From: Paragordius varius
Taxonomy: Eukaryota; Animalia; Nematomorpha
Length of the DNA stretch: 64,000 nucleotides
Direction of reading: 5' to 3'
NCBI GenBank assembly: GCA_964247055.1
Contig: OZ176053.1
Location: forward strand, 7,936,001 to 8,000,000
Shown: one piece after another, positions 26,801 to 36,305 of the stretch
Position numbering within the stretch: position 1 is the stretch's first letter
Layout of the letters: the number at the start of each line of letters is the position of its first letter
Notes under the pieces: model-generated
Databases searched by the model: none
Told to the model about the DNA's origin: nothing
Seen by the model: the letters and a program-made list of their open reading frames with translations, nothing else
Translations under genes and position numbers: made by a program

Positions 26801-27524
26801 GACGATTCACGATTTATGTGGAAATAGCATGGAATGCGCTTATGATTATGCCCTCACTCATAATCAGGAGATTGCTTTGTCATCGAAACAAGCGTATGCC
26901 GATTACATCTCACAACCGGAACATAAAACATTTTTCAATCGTAAATTAATGATCTATGTGAATTTTGTTAGGCATGGTTTAAGGTTATACGAGTATTTTA
27001 ATGGCTAAAAGGGTATTCAATTTACATGTCAGTAGCAATTAAGTTTTGCTTATATGAGTTACAATTATTAAACTTTCACAATTTTTAAGAATGTAACAAA
27101 AACAAAAAAATTCATACATGGCTACTGACATGTATATTTAATACCAGGATAGCTATTTAAAATACAGATAGGACCTATAAAGCACTCGTCACCGTGTATA
27201 TAATATTTTAATAGTTTTAGCGATTAAAAACATCTTTAATGTTATTATAAAATCTTTTATACTACTTATTTACTTTCTATGTTAGTGAACAGAGTTTGTA
27301 AGTCATTAACTGAACCTGAAAATGGATCTATCATCAAAACATCAAATTTACCAGGATCAATATCGAAATATGGGTGTAAGAAGGGATTTTTGTTACAAGG
27401 ACCTTCAACTCGTTATTGCCTGAAGGATGGAACATGGACAGGTGCTTCACCAATGTGCGTCCCAATTAATTCGACAGACTTGTCAAGTTTAAATATTATA
27501 CTTATTTTTAGGGTATCGATTTAA
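17899..27524 (+). CDS. mesh: Mesh/SUSD2-like protein (signal peptide, NIDO, IPT/TIG, AMOP, VWD, Sushi), ~1086 aa, 16 exons: 17899-18102, 18913-19209, 19478-19612, 19664-19826, 20501-20899, 21270-21414, 21692-21859, 22192-22512, 24660-24842, 24928-25088, 25180-25323, 26029-26205, 26276-26401, 26463-26588, 26668-26940, 27286-27524 (3' end uncertain)
   Basis: Exons sum to 3261 nt in frame. NIDO (IAPYWSDID, ATWKDV, NTFQAALAT, AQAGFNEGDG), IPT (PSSGSMLGGTLLKITGPC), AMOP (PACPCT, QQCCY, CCHW), VWD with FGDPHIITLDG and TRGLLGIWN, Sushi (CKKGFLLQGPSTRYCLKDGTWTG). Confidence 0.9.
22822..23852. mobile_element. CAG(T/G)G(G)CGTACCGAG-TIR MITE carrying a nested insertion, in mesh intron 8
   Basis: Termini cagtgcgtaccgag and ctcggtacccccctg; flanks cataagtc/cataatct; inverted sister at 62574-62765. 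Confidence 0.7.
23010..23684 (+). mobile_element. Non-autonomous Helitron-like insertion with duplicated 5' end
   Basis: A|TCTATATATTTATGAAAATGG start, repeated at 23532; GCTGC-GTA-GCAGC hairpin then CTAG|T end; absent from the sister MITE at 62574-62765. Confidence 0.75.
25459..25738. mobile_element. Charlie/Buster-type hAT MITE (~280 bp)
   Basis: CAGGGGTACTCAA...GGACACCCCTG; internal tttgttaatgcccatat shared with other copies. Confidence 0.8.
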
Positions 27525-28232
27525 GATATTTATCCATAAATCAAAGATTAATGCTCAGTGAGTATTAAAGTTTGTCTTTTATATTGCCCATATATTTTGT
27601 TAAATAAATATTTTTGTGTATTTGTATTTATTGATATTTTTAAAACAATAATGTAATCTACATATTTGAAGCGAGAAAATGGTCTCTTCAATACTTTCAT
27701 ACCTAATTATCTCAACTCCATTAGATCTTATTTACGTTTCAAACAAAATTCATTAACCAGATATGTTTTTCAGAGAATTGTAGATTGGTATTAGGTTGCT
27801 ATAAGTTATACCTTTCTCCCAAAGAGTTTTATAAATATATTTAAAAGTTTTGATATTCGGCCATATTTAAATGTATACAATTTACAATTAACTTTAAGGC
27901 GCCTAAAGTATTATTTAATTGTGACATTGAAAAAAATCTTGTTTCGACAGCCAAATTTTAAAATTATTTGTGTAATCGCTATCACACTGTAAATATAATA
28001 TTATTTTAAAATGCTTTATATTATGTATTGACAACAATTTATTTATTATTTAATAATTGCTTGTTTTTAATTGGATTTGGGTGTTATCGAAATTCATATG
28101 CAACAATGTTCAAAACCCGTCCCGTAAAAATATAAAAAATACCAAATAAAATTAAAATCCTAATGTGCCAAATATTCTATTTGTTAATCTTATTAAAATT
28201 AAATACTCTTTAAAATATGTTTACAAGTATTA

Positions 28233-28275
28233 CTAGCTGACTGTCTAGCATTGCTGTGACTTAGTTGAAATGCGC
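28233..28275 (-). mobile_element. Helitron-like 3' terminus of a different family
   Basis: Minus strand ...gtcacagcaatgctagacagtcagCTAG|T; 5' end not located. Confidence 0.45.
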
Positions 28276-30515
28276 TGCCATACGCAGCTGATTTATCGAA
28301 CAGTCCTAAATGGGGGTGATAATTATTTTTTCTGCAATTGGTGAATGAATTGGGTGCAAATAACATTAATAGTTAGGTCATATTTCAATGTTTAAACCTC
28401 GCTATATTGCCTTTTTCTTCCAGATTATTTTGTTATTATACTAATTTCTTATCTCACTTCTATGTTTAAGTTATTTCATGAAATATTTTATAAATCAGGC
28501 ACTTCTTATAATGGTGGATTCTATTGAACAGCTTTTATTTTTAGAAACATTAATCATATAAATTTACCTGTATTAAAATAACATCAAAATAAAAAAATAT
28601 AATGTTATTATATACATCATTTTGGGGTCAATGGTGAAATATGAAAGAAAGTGGCTTACTATGCCCGCAGTTAAAAATAAATAACAAATCCTTTTATTGA
28701 ATTCAAATGGGACTCCCTGTTTTAAGGAAATTTGTCTTAAAATCAACATTTTTTTATTTCAAAATAAGTGAAGGTAATGTCAACAGGCATTTCAAAAAAA
28801 ATGTTTTTTGAATATTAAAATATAATTTTTACGACTGACGATGGGAGAAACGTAAATATACATGGAGTGGTGCTAAACACAGAGGCTTATTCAAGAAAGT
28901 GATTTTACCATAAAACTACGAAATAAAATTTTTAGGCGATATATTAATTAAATGCTACGCGTTTCCCTTTTGATGTAGGGATCCATTTGAACCCCACAAG
29001 CGGCTATATTAAAAGCGTTGGGTTAACATATCTGTCTTAACACTGTGTACCCTAAACACTGTTATTATTTAAGGTCTCATAACTTGGTCGATTGTTTGGA
29101 AAAAAATATTTTTGAATATTTTGCAAAATAAGTCACTTAACGGGGTAAACGGCCTAATACAGAAACCTTAAAGTGGTTAGATGTTAGGCGCACGAGTTAA
29201 TAAATAAAAAAATATTATTGAATCTGAATGGGGCTATACACAATTCTCAAGACAAGATTTTTGGTCTGGTATTTTAGGCCTCCCCCGTGGGGGGATTAAC
29301 TGATGGTTATGGAAAAAGCCACTATGTCCGTTAATAATCATTATAATTTCCACATTTGTAATAATTGGCCAACATGATTTACTGAAAAATTGTTTCAAGG
29401 CCATCACTTTATATATTTATTAATATATAGATGTCTTATTTTAAAATTTTGACACCTTTTTGGATCAACGTATTTATGTGAAACTGGATTCTCAACCTTT
29501 GATTTATTAAAAAATTAAACTAGACACAAATTAAAGGTTAATGAGCAGGTGCATATTATCTGGCCCCAATATGGAAATATTTCTTGCAGATACAATAATA
29601 TTGATTTTTATCTCTGTTTTTTGGAGGAGGTGGGGTAAGATTTTTTTAATTTGGTAGGGCGTGGACAAAAAAAATGTTGGGAACTCTGCTGTATCAAATA
29701 AAATTTGAAGAAAACCCATAAAATTTTTATCGAACATGATCTTGCTAAATGTAAGCTTTTAAAATTGGCGCTTGAAGACAAAGCGGATAGATATAATAAA
29801 TAAGGATATGAAAAGGTTGATTTGTGTATTTATTGATATTACTAGAAGAGAATTTTGATCAAGTTTGAAAAGGGTAATTTTTTTATATAATATAAATAAT
29901 AACTTTTAAATACCTACTTTTTGAGATAAAATTAAATTTTTTTAAAATCCGACGCCACTTCAACCATGGCGCCCGGTACATGAGCCCCCTAGCTACGCCA
30001 CTGTTGCGTTTAGAGATATTGCAAATTTAGAAAACTTTATTTGAAAAACCATTATTTTCCACTTTTTCTGTGGAGCAAGTTTTTCTGATAAAAGCTAATC
30101 AATCTTTCGTATACATCTTGGGAGCGCTAAAATAAGTAAATTACACTTAGACTTGGGATAGTTTTTACCACAGGGCATTAATATCTTAAAATTTAAAAAT
30201 ATGCACTCTATGGTTTTTTCAGCGCACTAGGAAAAAATATAAAAAAAATTGAATTAAAAAAAGAATCTCAAACTTTTTGTCCCCTAATTTTTTTTCATTT
30301 TAAAATAATTATTAGCGTTAAATATTTATGCCGAGAACTATTTTTGATAATTATTAATTTTAAAATAAGATGTTTGAACCAAGTGTATATAAAATCTATC
30401 TAAATTAGAACCTAGAGCGGGGATGTCCACACTTTTTTTGGTACGCAAAAGTACTCTAAAAAAATGTTAAAAAATTATACAATTGGATTTCAATAAAATT
30501 AACGATTATTTAGAA

Positions 30516-30845
30516 CAGGGGTGTCCAGCACCAATGGCTTAGCGGGCCCAATTTCGGATCCAAAAATCTGACGGACTGCATTGAAAAAAATATGGGCATT
30601 GACTAATATTTTATTAAATTTTATACACAAGACTATAATATTATTAAGAGAAATTCGATTAATTAATATCTCTACATACCGTACAAATTTGAAAATTTTC
30701 CCTAATTGGTTTGAAAACAAAAATAATTTATATTAATTGTAATGACACATGCCAAATTTGTAATTAAATTTTTTTATTTAAAAATATAATTTGGATATTT
30801 ATTCCTTAATCTTTGATTTAAGTTAAGTAATCGCGGTCCAAATGA
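30516..30845. mobile_element. Same hAT MITE family, inverted, one TIR missing
   Basis: CAGGGGTGTCCAG start; gggcattgactaat internal motif; right boundary approximate. Confidence 0.6.
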
Positions 30846-32490
30846 AAATTCAAGCAAGTACATCTTATATTATAATTTCGTCCTAGCTGGATGAACATTA
30901 TTATCGCTTTAAAGTTTGATTGGCGAAAACATTTATAAATTAATGAGGGTATATCTCTTTTTAATAAAATACCATCTTGTTTTAAGTTGTCAATTCGTTA
31001 AACATAAAATAATAAACGCTAAATGTTACTTCATACCATAAAGACATGTAAATAGTTTTTTTCATCATAAATTTATTTTAAACGTAATGTTAATAATAAT
31101 TAATTAAAAATAATATGTTTTTATATTTTATGAACATCCCATTATATTCGCAAATGGGCTACCAAAATGAGGAGCAAAACTGAAGCAGCATGGAAAGATA
31201 TTCATCGGGAATTCGTGGTGGACTCTGGGGCAAATAATATTTCCATAGCGCCAAATTAAACAACTATATCGTAATAATTGTGGCGTAGCTTAGATAAATA
31301 ATTAGAACTCTATACTTATTTTGTACAATACATGAAATCATATTCTAAAAATAAAGGACATTTGTTTCATCAACTTAACATTTTAGGTACCGGGCATCTA
31401 TATCATTTATATTAATATATGGGCCATTGATTTCAAAATAAATGCTTATTGTTTAATTTTTTATTGTTTGTGACTTATTTCATAAATTTAGGATGAAAAT
31501 GATCAAAATAATTTCCGTAAAAAATTGGGTGGCAAAAATTACATTTATTAGCAAAGACTTGACTTAAATGTTTTTTATCACCGATCTTCAAGTGTACACT
31601 TTCTGGCTTAAGTAAACTTGCTCAACTTGCCACGCTTGACATGCAAGTCAAGGGCCATTTTTATCACCCCACCCATAAATTGTGTTTTATTACAAAAAAT
31701 CGCCGATTTTTTAGGGCAAACAAACTTTTAAATTAATAGAAATGTTTAGCCGTATCATATAGAAAAAAAATGTTTTTATAATGTCTTAAAGCCTTTCTAT
31801 ACAGTTTCCATCCCTCATAGTATGAAGTATGCTTCAAGAAAATTTTGCTTGATATGTATTTTTCAAACAAAATTTAGCATATATTTAAAATTTTTATCGC
31901 GCAATCCCGGTATTTGTGCTATTAATTTAAGAGAACCACCCTATTTTGGAAGAAAAACTTTGGGACTTACGAGCCCACATCTAAAAATTAGGATTATTTA
32001 AAAATTTTGTTTTGCTATTTATGTGTACTTAATAATAAATTTTGTAAGCATTTACCTTTCACCAAAAATTTATTACAAAAATGTGCTCATATATTTATTG
32101 TTTCTGATATGAGCACTTACAAATGTATAAATAATTTTCTTAAATTACTCGTAAAGACTTAAAGCAAAGCACCATAAATAATCCTGAAAGATTTTTCTGT
32201 CAAAAACTATAATTTTTAGGTTATTTTGTAACTGTGTAATCAGTATTTTATATTTTCTAGGATGAAATTTTTACCAAAAAAATTTTATAAAATAAAACGC
32301 AATTATTATTTCCGATGTGGTGCACACTAAACTGTAAATAACTTTAAATCACTCGCAAAGGGTAAAAATCAACACCAAGATGATTCTCACACATTGCCTA
32401 TCTGAATATACCATATATATTATATATATATATGATATCGGGTGTTTTTTTATACCACCAGATTAGGCAATTCCAAATAAAAGTCTATAG

Positions 32491-34500
32491 CAGTGGTACT
32501 CACCAAAAAAATTTGACGGGCCAAATAAAAATTTTTTTTCGAGGGTCATGAACCTTATATAGCAAATATTCCATAAGTATTTGGCATATATTTATAATTT
32601 AATCAGCACAATTAAATTTTTGCGGATCGCATGTAAATCCAGCTAAAAACTCGTTTTGCACCATTTAGTTTAAAAAAGTAAAATATTTTGATAACAACAT
32701 TTATTTTGATATTAACCAATAATTTGTGACGAATTTGATGACAGGCCAATCTTAATACGTCGTCCATATGATCATCGGTTAATCGATTTCTGTATGTATT
32801 CTTGACATACTTCATTTTTGAATATGCCGTCTCACACGTGAAAGTTGAGGGAAAAACAGTTAGGATAACTTGAGGACATTTTTCATATTTTCCTATTTAT
32901 TTGGCACATCTTGCCAAAACTACATATCTTTCATCTATGCAATTCCCCTGAATAAAGCCTCCAAATTGGAATCATTTTTAAAATCTACGAATCTACAATG
33001 ATTAGCGCTTGATCGAAACCAAAATCAAGTTGCATAATATTGGATATATCCATATGCCATGGATTTTCAACGAGTTTAAGCTTTTAATATTTCTTAACTC
33101 TTAAAATCTGAACATTTCATTAGATAAAAATGTTAATGATTGTCTATTATTAAATCAGTAATTTCCATATTTTCTTCATGAATCGTTTTAAGTGTTGGAA
33201 ATTATAGGAGTGTTTTATTTATAAAATCTTGTTTATATATTATTAATTTTTTTCAAAAGCAAATATATGATTAGCAAATTGGGTTATATTTGCTCCCTTG
33301 AAGACTTGTATTAAAAACACTCAGTTTGTAAGTAATGTCGCAAAGGTAGGCTTAGAAAACCCGCCATTTGTCGCTATTAATTTCCTTGTTAAACTTTCTG
33401 TTATCTATTATACATAATAGAATTTATGTCTTAAAACAAAAAATAGATTTAATATTTTGCTAGGACTTAGCCATCTCGCAGCGGTGTACAAAAGAATATC
33501 AACAAACTCACTGTGGATATTTTTCAGAAGCAATACTAAATATTTGCAGTTTTTTAGCGCAAATAATGTATTATTAATAATAGATTTAGACATATCTTTA
33601 ATGCCTCGAACACAAGTTGAATCAGAAAGTTGAAGTTTTTTAATTTGCCTCATGATTTGATTTATGGAATTTATCAAATAAAAAACTGCAACCATTTATT
33701 AGACATTCTTGGGAATCAGTAAACGGTTTCTAATTTTTTCCTAAAATATAGCAAATTTTATTCGAAGCTAATGTTACAGCTTTTTTCTGTGAGAAAGCTA
33801 TGGGCATAATAGATTTTTCTCTGATAAATTCCTTAATCTTTTTATAGTTTTCGTTTCTTTCCTCATGATTTTCTGGTAATTTGTGAGAATGATGGATTGT
33901 ACAATGTCTTTCAATATTGTTTTTTTATATTTATCTTGTCCTTACTAAGACAGGTAACAACATTTTTATTTAAAACGACAAAGAATTTTTCTTCCCATTT
34001 TTTTAAAGGAGTGATTTTCATCGGATATACGTTTTTTATCATTGGATGTCATTTATTTGAATTTTTGTATTATGCTATAAGAAACAAAATTTAAATGATG
34101 TTGATTTGAAAAATATTTTATGGGAATGAGTTATAAATAATTATGCAGGATAGCAATGAGAATATGTATATGCAGTTTGGGTGAAAGGCTTGATTCAATA
34201 TAAAAAAGGAATGCAATAAAAATTTTAAAATAAAAATAAAATACAGAAACAGAAACAATGTGTGCCAAATTTTTGAAGTCATTATAATGTAGGGGGATTT
34301 TTCTACATTTCAAATTGGATAATAAATTACCAAAATTAAATCTAAAAAAATAAATCAATATTAAAATAAGCGAATCATTTATTTTGTATTTTAAAAATTC
34401 ATCAATAAAAAATAATTTAAGTATCAATATGATCATAGGGCAATTTTAAAGCACTCCTATGATCGCATGCGCCCCGCGGGCTTTGGTTTGAGTACCAATG
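32491..34500 (-). mobile_element. Decayed, internally deleted hAT (Buster/SPIN/GTF2IRD2-like) transposon, ~2 kb
   Basis: TIRs CAGTGGTACTCA / TGAGTACCAATG; flanks gtctatag/gtctacaa; broken transposase pieces LQLSDSTCVRGIKDMS, LLYTAARWLS and hATC-like MKYVKNTYRNRLTDDHMDDVLRL. Confidence 0.85.
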
Positions 34501-34933
34501 GTCTACAATAAACTTTAATATAATTTCTACCTTAGCCATTGGGTTAAAACGTTGTAATCTTTTATTTAGTGTTGGTATATATTTAAATAGCATTTTTTCA
34601 AAAGTTTGAAATACCTATAAAGGGGTGTTTTTATAATTTTAATATAAATTTATTTATAATATATATATATATATATATATATGACAATGACAATAACACG
34701 GGGTACACCCCTTCGTACAATTGGTGAACCAATTGTCAGAGTACCGTGAGCTATATAAGTATTTGGAAAAAACCTTTTAACTTTTCTAATAAAATTTTTA
34801 TGATTGCAAATGTTTATATATATAATATATGTATGTATATAAAATATTATTGATTTAATTTTTTACAAATAAGGCCTCAGCAAAATTATTCACATATGCT
34901 CATAAACTTATTTTTTTGCATATACTCATTAAC

Positions 34934-36100
34934 ATGGTCAAGTTTAGTGGAAAATACAAGCTAGTCAGAAGCGAGAATTTCGATAAATATCTGGAAGCAA
35001 AAGGTTTTTTTAGATTTAATTTAGGTGCTAATTTTTTTGTTATAAAAATGGCTACAGCGCTAACGCCGACTTTAGAAATAAATATTGACAACGATGTTTG
35101 GATTCTTAAGGTTTATACAATATTAAAATCCATTACCGATATGAAATTTAAAATTGGTGAAACATTTGAACACAAACGTATGGATGGAACTTTGTGCAAA
35201 GTTTTTTTATTTTATAATTTTAGTAGGTTCGTATGACTATTGAGGATAATAAGTTGATCGAGGAAGAGACGCCTGTAAATAATCCTGAACATTGCCAAAC
35301 AATCGTTCGAATTTGGGAAGATGATGATCATGTAGTCTTAGTATGTTTATCTTAATATAATTTGATAAATTCCGGTTGAGTTGAAAATTTTGTAACGTAA
35401 TATGTTTTCGATTATTTTGCAATCGGTAATCAAGAAATAAATTGACTAGTTCAATCAATTATATTTGTATCCAAATGTCTTTATACGCTTCTTTATGGTC
35501 TATCTTTTTATTTAACTATTAAAATATTTTGTCCCGATTTTATAATTTAGATTCCATTTAAAAAATCTTAGCTTTTATAACCGTACGAATGCTTTTTGTT
35601 AAAAAATAAGAAATTACTTAAATATTCCAAAAATAAGAAATTACTTCAATATTCCACTTTTCTTAATAATAATAATAACCGTATATAATTATGTTTAAAG
35701 CGTACTTTTTTCGATTTAATTTCAATATGATACTTATTTTACTCAAGATAATGCCTTTTTTAAAAAAATATATTATTAATAACTCTTCTTACACAATGAT
35801 TATACTATAGTCATAGTAAAATTTGAATCTATTGAATAAATATGCGATATATTCGCAAATTAATAACTGATTTACTATATTATGGTCATAGAAAATTGAA
35901 ATAAAATTAATATTTATTTTTATAATTTTTTTCTAGTGATAAAATTGATTATGTCATATGACTTGATTTGACAAAACAACCGTATTTTTATGACCTTAGT
36001 GCTTATTTTCATCGATACAATATGTTTTTTTGATGCATCATTTTAGGTCCTAACTTGCAAAGATATTATAGCCAAACGTTATTTTGAACGAATAATGTAA
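34934..36100 (+). CDS. FABP: Fatty-acid-binding protein (iLBP family), 137 aa, 4 exons: 34934-35003, 35025-35200, 35227-35340, 36047-36100
   Basis: FSGKYKLVRSENFDKYLEAKG, FKIGETFEHKRMDG and final strand VLTCKDIIAKRYFERI; three introns at the usual iLBP positions; exons sum to 414 nt. Confidence 0.92.
35004..35024 (+). other. 21-nt in-frame intron candidate (FABP intron 1)
   Basis: gtttttttagatttaatttag, phase 1 inside the Gly codon where iLBP genes have intron 1; retention inserts 7 aa (GFFRFNL) with no stop. Confidence 0.75.
35201..35226 (+). other. 26-nt intron with TAGTAG tandem acceptor (FABP intron 2)
   Basis: gtttttttattttataattttagtag; only the distal AG keeps the frame open (CK|VRMTIEDNKL). 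Confidence 0.9.
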
Positions 36101-36305
36101 AGACACATACATTTATTTATATTGCTCATCTAACTGTGACATCTTCAATCAGTATGCGCATGTTCTTATATATATATTTATTTATTTTTAATTATATATT
36201 TCGTATCAGCAATAATTATAAATAATACTAAAGTATAATCTCTTTTGGCATTATTTTTTAATACATATCATTTTTCACTCATGCTTTGCACTTACCTAAT
36301 TCAAT

